From NCBI GenBank assembly GCA_030390025.1, contig CM059435.1, positions 78,492,001-78,556,000 on the forward strand: DNA of 64,000 nt, in the 5' to 3' direction. Position numbers and translations under genes: made by a program. This stretch comes from Squalus acanthias (lineage: Eukaryota). This document shows, piece after piece, positions 9,487 through 22,300 of this stretch. The notes under the pieces are model-generated. The model was not told where the DNA came from, did no database searches, and was given only the letters and a program-made list of their open reading frames with translations. Positions within the stretch are counted from its first letter, which is position 1; each line of letters starts with the position of its first letter.

Positions 9487-12252
9487 GTAGGTGTACCTCC
9501 CTTTGATCATTCCTCTGAAACCCCTCTCCTTGTCCTCGAGCATCCTAAAAACAGGCAGTATTCCAAAAGGAATGACCCTATTAAGACTTTATTGCGCTTA
9601 AAATGAATTTTATGCTCCCTGAAATACGATGATGTGAAAACACAAGCCAAAATAAGTTTAAAAAAAAAATCTTTAAAAAAACCTCAAGAAGTAAAAAATG
9701 CAATTGTCTATGAAACATTCCTAAATAAGCACAACACAGCTTTAAAATCAAAAGCCAGGAAGGACCTTTCATTGAAACCATTTTTTTGGCCTAAGATTGC
9801 TGTCTACACATTTCCTGAGCAAACTTCAGGAAATCATGGGCAATGAATTTCCATATTTTTTGCAGCCTTAGAGACTTTGCTTGCCAGGAAATGGATCCCA
9901 GTATAGACTGAGTGAGCCTAGTGCAGGACAGGTACTTCAGGGATTTTATACCCGCTCTGTGCCAGTCATAGATGTTTGACAAATGCATTAAATCGTAAAA
10001 TATTCCCTTAAATGCTCTTATACACATGAACCTTCAAAAAGCTGTGATAAATTAAGAGAGAAAAATATTCTTTATAGTAGGCTTTAAATTACCACTTTTC
10101 ACAACTGAACTGTCTGGAAATTTCTAAAATGTAAATCGGACCCCAAAGTCTTTTTTTTTAAAGAGAAGCCTTTTTTAAAACTTATTTCTCTGTCTCAATA
10201 AAACTGCTTCAGTTTTTAAAGTTTTCAATAAATTTTCATTATCAGCTAAGAGAAAACATTCCCACCCAAGCCATGACTCAACCCCTATCCTTTTTTGGAC
10301 TTGAAAAAAGATGGCAACCTTAACCTGGTGTAACCTTCTAAGCAAGTCCAAATTGTCACACCTCACATTTCAGTCTGGAGACAAGGCACCGTAAGACCCA
10401 AATTCATCCACATCAATTCAGCTTCACAATTAACTGTAAGATCAGGGTAGAGGAGTCACAAACTGCTGCTAATAGTGGACTGGTGCAGAACTTGTAAACC
10501 TCTAGAGTGACATTGGACAAGTTAGCATCTTTGTAAGAACTTAGGAGTCAGAGTGGACCCCTACAAATAGAAGTCAGGCATGCACCTGCTAGATCATACT
10601 GTGCCAGCATTGCCTTTTTCATTTGGTGAACAAAAGCTTAATTATTTCTAGAGGGGTAACTCAGAATCAGAACTGTATCCTGCAAATTTTGGTTATGAAA
10701 TTATATCAAAGACTTTATGAACTAAGTGTGGGAAAAATAACAATGGCAGGTATGAGAAATGTCCATATTCTATTGTATTAAGACTGAAATACAGAAATAT
10801 ACAAATTAATATATATTTTTAATGTATTTGCTCTGTTGGAGCAAATTGAAGAGTTAAGGTAATGCTTGAATTTCAAAATCGTATAATCTATCTTTAATCA
10901 TTTATCAGGTTTGAGTAGAACAAGGGATTAAGTGCAGCATGGCAGGCAGACTCTTTGTTGTACTTGATGTTCAATGATGTGTTAGATTATCTGTATACAT
11001 TATTAATGGTAGTGTTGCTTAAGGCTTAAGTCACTGGTGTAGATGAAAGTCAAGAACATCTGGACTGTTCTGCAATAATGTGTCATCAAAGTTGAATATT
11101 TAAATATCCAAACCACACTCATGGGCGGCTCCAAAAAAATCTCTGCATTTCATTTTTCTTTTACTTTGGAAGACAAAATTACATTCAGATTAAGTTTCAA
11201 ATAACAGATGCTTAGAAGGAAGTAGCACATGTGTGTTTTGTGAAAATGATGTAGTTGACGGAGTTCAGATGATTGCTAAAAAAAACACTTGAGCTTTGGT
11301 CATAGTTTAGATGCAATTGAACTTCTGAAATGTCTCCTGGTGGGTGATGCTCGCTGTTAGGAACATAGTCTCATAAAATTGCCCCAAGATTTTTTATGCA
11401 TTAACATTAATGGACAGAAAATCATGAGAGACCATACAAATTTCCATTATGCACAGCCAGTGGAAAAGGCTCTGTACAAGGAGCACACATTTGTAAATAT
11501 AAAACATCTTCATCCTTGATTAGAATTCAGCCTGCAACTCACTTCCAAGTATCTATTATTCTATATAATCTATCTAATCCTTTGTTCGAATTGCAGTTTT
11601 GTAATCAACCCTAAGGATCAGTTGTTTAAGAAATGAAAAACATAAAGTTGCAACATAAGTGATTTATTTCAGTAAAGCTCCTGTCCCCAGTATGTATTCT
11701 ATTGACACAATAGAGGGTAATTTTCTAATTTTGTGTTAATGATGGAGAACTACGCCTGCTGGCAATTCACTGAAAATTTAGGCATGCACCTCCCATTCAT
11801 TTTAAATGGTTAGAAAATTGTGTGTAATTCTTTTTTGAAGGAGTTAATCAACATTGTTTTTGCTAGGAGTTTATTCCATGTATCTGTGTATATCATATAT
11901 TGGGGGATTCTCCTGGTGTCTCGTCTCAACTGTGACTTGTTAATTTTGTACTTCTCTGCTTCTGCAGTCACAATTTAAGTTAAATGGCATGCGTATATCC
12001 ACACTATTCATTTCATTTATCAACATTAACATCCATCAGCCAATTCTTAAATTGTAGAGATTCATACGAATTCTATCAATCTTACATTAGTCACCTGCTA
12101 CATCACTTGCAGCTTTAACTTAACAGTTTAATGACTTGTATTAATATTGTGCAGATAGGAATTTAATGTAAATGAGTTAACCAATGTGCTAAAAATAAAC
12201 CTTTTAGATTCATCAGCAAATGTTAGTACCAGTACTGCCCTCCATATATATT

Positions 12253-13021
12253 GGGCCAGATTTTACTGTAACAGGGCATCTAACAGTGTCTGCCATGAGT
12301 TAGACTTGCCCCTGCAAGCTTCAGCTCCAAAAAATGTTGTCCACTATGTTGCTGAAAGTGTGAGCTGATAAAGGCACAGCAAGGGAAACAGGGCTTCTGG
12401 GACCTGAGTGAACAGGGCAAACAACAGGGTATCTCCTTAACCAATGTGATTAACGGATTAGGAAATAAACAGCTGAGAAAAAGGGTGAATTAAAGGGCGT
12501 GAATTCAAAGTCAAATCAGGTACAGAAAGAGAATTAAAAGAGAGGGAAAGAAAGATTGGATTAAGAGAGAGAGAAAAAAAAAGAGACAGGAAAAGTAATA
12601 CAAAAAAAAAGACATTTTTAAAATCTCCTAGAACAATTCACAACCTGAAGGAATGAGACTTCAAACTTATAGTAGTTAATTTTCGTTCCAGAGAGGTTGT
12701 CAGTCATTAACACTTATCACATCGTTAGAAGGGTACTTACACTTGTAATTACTAGCCCTAAATATCTGCAGCAGGTTTAGTTCGTATCTACCGCGCATAT
12801 ACAGCAACTTTACGCCATTCAATGCATGTCAATGGTGAAGCAGACAGCGAAATGCCATTTTCTTGAAGCTAATGGCGGAGGGGCACAACTCGGACAGCAA
12901 CTTTAGAATATTGGCATTTCACCACGCATTTGCCCCTAGCCTGCAGTTGCTGTACCATTTATGCATAATTAACGGCCAGAGCCATTAACTTCACCATTAT
13001 TTTGACAGCAAAATCTGGCCC
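12253..13021. mobile_element. Harbinger-type MITE
   Basis: TIRs gggccagattttactgt / acagcaaaatctggccc; related to the 1474-1969 element. Confidence 0.75.
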
Positions 13022-13974
13022 AATGTTTATAAAGAGTATAACAGCAGGGAACCAGACAGACCCCTAGAGAACTTCATTAATCAGTGTCTATATAGACAAA
13101 ACCTTTTCCATTTCTCATCACCTCTGCTTTCTATTGCCCAGCCCATGTTCAATCAAGCTAGATCATTTGCCATTTATTCCATCAGTTTTCATTTTTTTAA
13201 AGGCTTGATGCGTGGAACTTTATCAAATACCTTCTGAAAAGACAAGTAAATTATATTCATGAGATAGCCCTTAATTGTTAATTTTGTTACCTCCCCAAAG
13301 TATTCCAGCAGATCAGAGACATAATAGGAATGTGTCATAGGATGTATTTCTGGTCATTTGTGCTTTTCAAACATTGAGCCAAAATGGGGTGGCGCTGGTG
13401 GTTAAATGTTAAAGGCCACTTTGCTTAGTGAAATCAATCGAAGGGCAGGCTCTCAAAGAGGACTCCTTCAGCTAAAATGTCACATCTGTCCAACATAGTA
13501 ACAGTTCTCTCCACATCTGCAAAATGTAATGGCTCAAAACACCTTCAACATTAGTCTCTGCACTAACACAATTACCGACTGCCAATCTTTCATCTGCCTA
13601 ATACCTTATTCTACACACTCAGCAGAAAGGGACACAGCTGACATAAATTGCAGCCAAATGTAATTCTCTGCAAGTGATGAGTGTATGTAGCTACAGTATT
13701 TTCTCTGTGTTTTACCTTGGTGCGTATGCTCTACATCCATGTATTGTGTGCCTGCTGGGTGCTTCCCCTGTGGCAGGAGTCAATGAGGTATCTGGCATCT
13801 GAGTGTCAAATAGGAGGCGCTTGGGAATGAGATGACCCTGTACCTCCTTGTCCTGGATCATGAAACTTTCCTACAACCAGTGCTGCCATGTCTGATGCTA
13901 CAGTGATTGATTGGTCCTGCCGACTTTCTGGCACATCTTCTGTCATTTGAGGGACTGTCTATATGGCCTCATCT

Positions 13975-14064
13975 GTGGATACTCCAGCCATGTCTCTGCT
14001 GCAGTGGATACTCCAGCCATGTCTCTGCTGCAGTGGATACTCCAGCCATGTCTCTGCTGCAGTG
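13975..14064. repeat. 29-bp tandem repeat, about 3 copies (gtggatactccagccatgtctctgctgca)
   Basis: Directly visible identical units. Confidence 0.92.
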
Positions 14065-14324
14065 CGATCCCTCAGCATCTCCACTGGTAAGTGAGAGGCC
14101 AGATTTTTTGGCAGTTATGAAGACAGTGAAGCTCTGTATAATTGGTTTCTCCATTTATCATTTGAAGCCAGACAAGTCTGGAGCCCAAGTCCTCTCCAAC
14201 AGCAGTCTGGGCATTCATAAGAGATACTCTGACTGGGCCTGGGTCCTGTGGATGCTTCACTGCAGATGACCCTGAAATTGCCACATGCTCCATGCTGGAC
14301 CTCAGTGGCCATGTATTTTTTTGT

Positions 14325-15152
14325 TATTATTCATTCATGGGATGTGGGCGTCGCTGGCAAGGCCAGCATTTATTGCCTAGCCCTAATTGCTTGAGAAGGT
14401 GGTGGTGAGCCACCTTCTTGAACCGTTGCAGTCCGTGTGGCAAAGATACTCCCACAGTGCTGTTAGGGAGGGAGTTCCATATTTTGACCCAGCGCCGATG
14501 AAGGAACTGCGATATATTTCCAAGTCAGGATGGTGTGTGACTTGGAGGGAACTTGAAGGTGATGGTGTTCCCATGAGCCTGCTACCCTTGTCCTTCTAGG
14601 TGGAAGAGGTCGTGGGTTTGGGAGGTGCTGTCGAAGAAGCCTTGGCGAGTTGCTGCAGTGCATCTTGTAGGTGGTATACACTGCAGACACGGTACGCCAG
14701 TGGTGGAGGGAGTTTAAGGTGGTGGATGGGGTCCCAATCAAGTGGGCTGCTTTGTCTCAGATGGTGTCGATCTTCTTGAGTGTTGTTGGGGCTGCACTCA
14801 TCCAGGCAAGTGGAGAGTATTCCATCACACTCCTGACTTGTGCCTTGTATGGTGGAAAGGCTTTGGGGAGTCAGGAGGTGAGACACTCGCCGCAGAATAC
14901 CCAGCCTTTGACCTGCTCTTGTAGTCACAGTATTTATGTGGCTGATCCAGTTAAGTTTCTGTCAATGGTGACCCCCAGGATGTTGATGGTGGGGGATTCA
15001 ACGATGGTAATGCCGTTGAATGTTAAGGGGAGGTGATTAGACTTTCTCTTATTGGAGATGCTCTTTGTGTGGCGCAAAGCCACTTAACAGCCCGAGGCTG
15101 AATGTTGTCCAGGTCTTGCTGCATGTGGGCATGGACTGCTTCATTATCTGAA
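14325..15152 (-). mobile_element. non-LTR retrotransposon (LINE, CR1/L2 superclade) 3' fragment
   Basis: Frameshifted RT C-terminal peptides (AGQRLGILRRVSHLLTPQSLSTI; YKMHCSNSPRLLRQHLPNP) ending in an A-rich tail at about 14325. Confidence 0.85.
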
Positions 15153-16019
15153 GAGTATGACTGTATAGGGGCTGGCAGCGGACTCTTTCATGGCCATCAC
15201 CAGACTTTGCAGGGTGCTTGGGACAGCATGAAACATTAATGCTCAGATAGCATCCTGTTTTTAAATGCTGGCCCAGTGAATCCCTGTCCTCTGCAGTGGA
15301 GGAAGAATGCAAACTGGACCTCTGCCAGTAGGTTCCTGCTCTTCCTCAGCCACAACCACCTGCTCGCTCACTAAGTGGCAGTAATAAAGTATGTGCTGCT
15401 GCAGTAAGACCATGTGAAGCTTGGAAAAAAATGTTTGTTGAATGCATAGCATGCAGCCAATTATAACTGATTGAAGATTTTATTCCAGCACTCATAATAG
15501 ATTTCTAGGATTTCAACTACTCTCTGCTTTTTTATTTTTATTACAATTACTTTTTTAAGAACTACAGTTGTAGCATTGAACTAAACAGCCATGCTCAATA
15601 GTGCAAGTATTAGAAAAAAGGACAATTCTGTACATACGATGCTGTGAACAGAGTCAGAGGCTCCTATGCCATAGAGTATTAGGTGTTTCTAGATCTTGCC
15701 CATGCTGCAAACAGAGATAAGGTAGCATTTCCACAGGAAGGGATGAAAATATGAGAGCACATCACTCCTGCACCACCCAGGGGTAGGCAACAAAGGCAGG
15801 GGTCACCAATCCCTCCTTCTCTTCCCTTTCAATGAGAAATGGTAACTGGACTGGAGTAACCTAAAGTAGAATGGAATAAATAGTAAATCATTTAATGCTC
15901 TGAACCTGTAAAAGTACAAATTACTATGTTAAACAAGTTGATAAGAAAATAAAATTAGCGCATTAATATGGGAAAAAATGGTTATTACCTGAGGTGTCCC
16001 ATTACAGCTTCTTTTGTCA

Positions 16020-16068
16020 TGATGTGGAGATGCCGGCGTTGGACTGGGGTGGACAAAAATGAGAAGTC
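16020..16068 (-). mobile_element. 49-bp Penelope-type terminal fragment flanked by an 18-bp direct repeat
   Basis: Reverse complement matches about 40497-40545; flanked by ttacagcttcttttgtca at 16002-16019 and 16069-16086. Confidence 0.8.
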
Positions 16069-17391
16069 TTACAGCTTCTTTTGTCACAGTCTTTTAATTA
16101 TTTCAGAAACTCATAATGACAGATTGCTGTGAAGAACCAGCTGGACACAGGCACAGTCACACAACCAATTTCAGGTTTTCCTACAACTTAAAGTGCAATG
16201 GCCAATCTGTCGAAAAAGGCAGCAATCCATGTGTGTTACTTGCAGCAGTTTTACGACACTACAGTAAAACTAGCTGAGTTTTCCAGAACTGGTCTATACA
16301 GTAATCACCCACCAGATGGCGAATGTTCACCACATTTAAGCGCACACATTAAAATATTCATGAGGTTTGTAGATGAAGAAATCATAAAAATGATCTGATA
16401 AGTTTCAGCAAGTTTCAGCTGTTAAGGCTCTATCCATTTTATCTCAGTTTAAGGTTTCTGTCCATAAATTGTCAAGGATTTTAGTTGGTCATTTGTACTT
16501 TTCTACGTAGTATTGAAATATCTGCATACTTCTTAACTCTTTCAGAACCAAATGTTTAACATCTGCAACTCTGATACTATAAGTCAAGAGCCACAACACA
16601 TGTTGATGGGTGGAGCACAGTTACATTAGCAACTATATCACACAGCACCAGTAATTACAGTGCAAATTGATATCAATGATTACAATGCAGCGTGCAACTG
16701 CAACATACTAGCTTCTGCTGTAATAAAACCAACATCACCAAAACTGATGCAGTGAACCTTTTTAACTTGGCAAAGTGAACATTTTACCTCAGCAATGCAG
16801 AAAATTAAAACAAATGGAATTCCAGTAATTATTCTAACGCTAACAGTTTTTACAATAACTGAAGGGAATAAACAAAACTTTCTATTTCTAGCCTATTGGA
16901 CATGTCCCTGATGAAGCTCTTGTTAGACAAATACTAGAACTACTTTAACCCTTCACTGTGATTCGTGCTTCTATACCAAAACACTTCATATCCAGAGACT
17001 TCAATAAAACACAAGAACACTTCAAGATGCTGCACTTAGTACAAAGAGTTAGTTCACTGAGCTGCAGACCAGATGAGTCAGATGGGAAAGAGTCACAAAT
17101 TCATCAGTTTAAAGTTTCATTTTCACACATATAACATGCTATAAACAACCCTTGAAGGAAACTACAGTGACCGAAGTTATTTTTCAGGAAAATTTATACT
17201 TTATCTTGTTTTGGGGGATTTTATACATAACAAAACAAATTACAATTACTTTCACTATCCTAAAAGTAGTTTTCATTGATTTTCAATCGGACGGGATAGG
17301 GCTTACAACAAGCACTGGCATATTCTTTGAATGGTCAGTCTCACTGTCAATCATAAGAATTTCTGAAAGTTGTATGCTCAGATACACGCTA

Positions 17392-17887
17392 GGAGCTGTT
17401 GTCTCCCAGATTGAGTCTGCTGGGAGCTGTAGTCTCCTAGATTCAGTCTGCTGGGATCTGTAGTCTCCTAGATTCAGTCTGCTGGGATCTGTAGTCTCCT
17501 AGATTCAGTCTGCTGGGAGCTGTAGTCTCCTAGATTCAGTCTGCTGGGTGCTGTAGTCTCCTAGATTCAGTCTGCTGGGTGATGTAGTCTCCTAGATTCA
17601 GTCTGCTGGGAGATGTAGTTTTCTAGATTCAGTCTGCTGGGAGCTGTAGTTTTCTAGATTCAGTCTGCTGGGAGCTGTAGTCTCCTAGATTCAGTCTGCT
17701 GGGAGATGTAGTTTTCTAGATTCAGTCTGCTGGGAGCTGTAGTCTCCTAGATTCAGTCTGCTGGGAGATGTACTGTCCTAGATTCAGTCTGCTGGGAGCT
17801 GTAGTCTCCTAGATTCAGTCTGCTAGGAGCTGTACTCTCCTAGATTCAGTCTGCTGGGAGCTGTAGTCTCCTAGATTCAGTCTGCTG
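17392..17887. repeat. 31-bp minisatellite, about 16 copies (ctagattcagtctgctgggagctgtagtctc)
   Basis: Directly visible units with few substitutions and no spacers. Confidence 0.97.
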
Positions 17888-18919
17888 AGCCAGTAGTGAT
17901 GGGTCTGGAAACCTGCATGGAAAGGATGATCTCGCAGAGTGTTTTACGGGCGATTGGTCTGCTACCGCCAGTTTTCCACCCAGTGCTGAAATTTACAATC
18001 TATTCCAATATATTATTCTGCTGCCACGGTAGATCTATGCGCCTTTAAGGCCACAAAGTCTAATTGTTAAATAAATAAAGCCTCCAATCAATCAGAATTT
18101 AATTATTTGGTGAGGAAATTTGCATCAATGCGTCACATCTAAAGTATGATGGACAAGAAGTGTGTGCATACATAACATTTTTACATTACAGACAAAAGAA
18201 ATGTAAATAATCTATTTACATTGCTATGTAATTAATGATAGAGATTGGCTTGAATCTCCAAATATGACAACAGTGGTTCCCAATCAACAGAATTCAGCCT
18301 CATGCTTTTAACTACTTGACTGTGCTTCACTGTTTCACTGTGCCTCAGCAGAATTCATGTTGTAAGGAGTGTAGCTCTCATTGTTTCCCATTAATTTAAT
18401 GAACAAACATTGGCTGAAAGATGGAAAGCATTACCCTAAAGAATATGTTAATCATCAACATTAAAGCTTAGTTAAACAAAGTTATGTGAATGAAGCTTTT
18501 AAGATACCCAGGTCCAGGAACAAGGGCCGTAGTGCAGGATGACCCCAAGGCTGAAAAAGAGTATGGCAGAGATTAGGTCAATCAGGAAATAGAGATTAGG
18601 TGACTTCAAGTCTGGGTTTTAAAAACTTGAAGATTGTACTGGGTAAGAAAGATTGAGAGAAAAAAGGAGTTCCATAGATGTGAGGTATTTGTAAAGATGG
18701 GTTAGAATAGGGGCTTTTACAGAAAGTCATGTAGAAGGATGTATTTTGAGTTTAGGAGGAAAGAGAGAGTTCAGAGAAGCAATAATTCAACAGAGAGGGA
18801 TAGAGGATTCAGATTAGAAGTGAGAGAAGAATTGCCTTTTAGGTGAAAAGCTTTAACTTTTTTTCCTTGCAGGTGTGTGAGCGAGGTAAGAGCCTACCCA
18901 AATCTGTGTAAAATATATA

Positions 18920-19745
18920 CACAGATAACAAGTTTAGTAAACAGGGAGAACTGTAAAAGACTTCAAAAAAATATAGACAACTTTGTGGAATGAGCAGACA
19001 GGTGGCAAATACTATTTAATGTAGGTAAGTGTGTAGGAATAAATTATGGGAGAAAAAAATAAGAAATACAGTTAATGAAAAGGTACTGATGGGTGTGAAT
19101 AAAGAAAGAAAACTAAGAGCTTAAATACATAATTCCCCAAAAGTGTGATTGCAGGTAGATAAAGCCATAAAAGGTCAACAGAATTTGGGGTATTATAAAT
19201 AGGGGTATAGAGTACAAACCTAAAGAAATAATGATGAATTTATACAAATGTTGGTTAGACCACAGTTAGATTACTGTGGGTGCCCACAGAGAGAGCATAC
19301 AACCTGGATTAATTAGGATGGTGCCAGGGATGGGAATGCTAGTAGTGAGGAGATACTAGGACTATTTCCACTGGAGTAAAGACAGCTGAGGGAATTTAAT
19401 AGAGTTTTTTACAATTGTGAAGATCTTGATAGAGTGAATAGGGAAAGACTATTCTGTTTGAAGAATCAGTATCGAGAGGTCATCAATTTAAAATTGCCAC
19501 CGAGAGAGTGAGGAGAGAAGTTAGGAGAAATTTCTTTAAACAGATGGTTGTTGCAGCATGCAGTGGTTTGCCACAGGGAATGATTAAGACCATTGCATCT
19601 TTTAAAGGAAAACTGGATAAATATTTGAAGCAGAGGAAGATAATGGGACAGTGGGATTAGTTTTGGATTGCTCTGGTCTGGAGTCAGCATAGACACAATG
19701 CACCAAATGGTCTCCTTCTGTGCTATAAACTTCTGTGGTGCTATG
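18920..19745 (+). mobile_element. degraded CR1 LINE (RT 3' half)
   Basis: Degenerate CR1 RT motifs (W..RWQI.FN..KC; GIEYK; FFKQ.VV..) and a CR1-type 3' end. Confidence 0.8.
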
Positions 19746-21004
19746 AGGTAGACTTTATAGAAGCAGAAAATAAGGCACACAATGAATAAAAAACAAAAAT
19801 GCTAATTGATTGGATTATATACAAGATATTCCCAGATGATGTGTGTCATGGTGTAACTACTGAATGTTATGAACCCAAGGGGGTATACGATAAATAATAT
19901 ACCCAAAAGTGAGTGAGATTCTACTTGAACCAGAATTCATGATTCTGCTTTACTCACTGGAGTTCTTCCCTGTTGTTCTGAGGGCCATTGCCATCTGGTA
20001 AATTGATTTAGAAGATAATTAAGAAATGGGTAAATTAATCAAGGAATGTGTAATGATGCAATTATGCAATCAGAAGAAAGCTTTGCCAGAAACTGAGAAA
20101 CTACCCAAATAGGCAATGACACCCAACTGTAACCCTAATGAGGTGCAGACATATTTCCAGAGAGAAGGAAGTGGGAAGATAAGTCAAGCCACATTGCTCT
20201 TGTGGCCTCCAAGCAACTGCTCTAAGCAGCACTGGCGGAAGTTTAAGAGAAGCAGAAAATGAAACATGAAATGAAGATGAAAAAGAATAAAAAGGTTTAT
20301 TGTTAGGATTATCAGAAATGCAAGTATCACAATTTTTGCACTTTACCAGCTACTAATGGATGGAGGCCCACAGCACCTAGTAACAATCTCACGGTAAAGA
20401 TAGCCATAAAGGTTTTATAAAAATAGTCATTTAAAAACAAATTATGTTCACAGAAAATTGTTTTTGTGGTCACAAACCACGACAACTTAAAGTCAGGTCT
20501 TGATCATGTGGTCGACCATACACCTCATTAAGTGGGGATTAGGATCGCTGATGTGGGAAATGGGAAAAACCACACCTGTGCAATAAGGATGTTCTTTGGA
20601 GATTAGGATTAAAGCATGTTGTCGTGCAGAGTAGCGAGAAAGCATTATTTTGCATCTGGCTGTAATGTACCTGACCTCTGGGTGCTTGACACTAACACTG
20701 GGTGCTGGAAATGGGAAAGTATTCCATTCCCTGGTGGCAAGATTCTCCATCGGGATGTGTACAAAAAGCATATAATAATTTGTTTTAAAGCCTTAAAGGG
20801 CAGAGGTGAAAAGGAAATTTATGGCTTGCAAGCCAGAAACTTCCTACATCAATGCACATTAAAGATTATACAGATAAACAAGAATAAAGAAATGAGCCAA
20901 AACTATTAACCATCACTTGGCATTATTAGGTGGATTTACCAAGAATGAATAAACACGACTATGGGGCTTCATACCCAAATCAAAACCTTATCTTACACAA
21001 GATA

Positions 21005-21820
21005 CTTACAGATGAGGAAGACTATTCAGCCCATCTTAATTCAGCCATCAAAAACAACCCCACTTGCCCTTTGCTGCATCTAGTTGTTTGTTAAATGATT
21101 CCAGGGTTTTTTGTTCACCACTGCCCAGAACTCTATTCCAAGTGTTGATCACTCTGCAGAAGAACCACCTCTAAATATCAGTCCTAAAGTTACAATTACT
21201 AGTTTGCATTGTATCCCTTCATCCTACTCCCACACTTTTATTTAACAGTAATATTCTGGATTAATCCTTTCCATACCATTTTACCTTACATAAGATTACC
21301 TCTTCGACACCTCCTTTCCAAGCTGAAAAGGCCAAGGCTCTCCAGTACTTCCTCATAACTCAGACCTTTAGGGATCAACCTCATGGGTTGTCTTTGCACT
21401 GCTTCCTGCGCTTGAATGTCTCCTTTGTTAAACATTCTATTGGCTTTATTGATTGCTTCTGTATATTGATTTGACATATTGAATGTTGAGTCTACTAAGA
21501 CTCCTAGGTCTCTTTCAACTTCATCCATAGTTACTTCAACACCATTTGTGGATTATGTACATATCCCATATTTCCTATCTATGTGCAATACTTTAAACTT
21601 GTCTGCATTAAATTTCTGAAACTTGTTTGGCCCAGTCATATTCTGTTTAACTCATTCTGTAATTTTGGGCCTGCCTCCTTCAAATGCACTTCCTAGTTTA
21701 ATATCATCTGCAAATTTGATCAATTTACATTGAGTTTCTGAATCCAAGTCATTGATGCCAATTAAAAACAATAGTAGTCCCAATGCTGAGCTCTGGAGCA
21801 CGCCACTCAGTACTCCCCCA
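21005..21820 (-). mobile_element. degraded CR1 LINE
   Basis: Peptides LGLLLFLIGINDLD..KFADDIKLG, ERDLGVLVD and LGLFSLERR on the minus strand. Confidence 0.85.
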
Positions 21821-21838
21821 CCCCACCCAGATATTACG

Positions 21839-22300
21839 GCCTGGAATTTCCTCAAAATGCACCAAAATAACGGCATAAGTATGGCATAATGCCAATTTTC
21901 AGCACAAAAGATCGAGGAAATTTGCATTTAAGTGACTTACACCAGTTTTTACATGACGCCCAAATTTCCATGATCTTTTATGCTGATTCAGTGAAAACGC
22001 CATCAAAACCCTCTGCTGTGATTGACACACCAAAATACCAGATAACAACGTTTCCTGTATCTATGGCAGTTCTGATCAGGCTGTAAATTTATGCCCAAAA
22101 TTTAGGTACAGCATTACCCAAAATCATATTTCTGGTGTTTTATTGCGATTTTTAAAAAAGTGATTTGATTTATTTCTCCTCTCTGAGACTTGCACTGTAT
22201 TTTCTGTATCTTTGGATGCATTTTTATGGCTCAAAAATGAGTCACATTAAAAAAAAATTAAGTTTCCACGATAAATAAAATCTGTAAAAAAAAAAGCCTA
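21839..22300. mobile_element. MITE remnant (right end unclear)
   Basis: Starts ggcctggaattt like the 1474 element and lies adjacent to the CR1 fragment. Confidence 0.35.

Noticed and set aside
16908-16940. ctgatgaag motif as a possible third hammerhead
   Set aside because: No GAAA box or convincing stem II follows.
17392-17887. CRISPR-like appearance of the 31-bp repeats
   Set aside because: Head-to-tail units with no unique spacers, no cas genes, and a vertebrate context.
19744-19751. TGAGGTAG on the plus strand (also 56209-56216): second let-7 copy or let-7 seed site in the host RNA
   Set aside because: The match stops after 8 nt with no let-7 hairpin; about one such 8-mer per strand is expected by chance in 64 kb.
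20500-20760. Possible ancient SINE/L2-derived conserved element
   Set aside because: It resembles a shark repeat from memory, but I cannot support a family or boundaries from the sequence alone.
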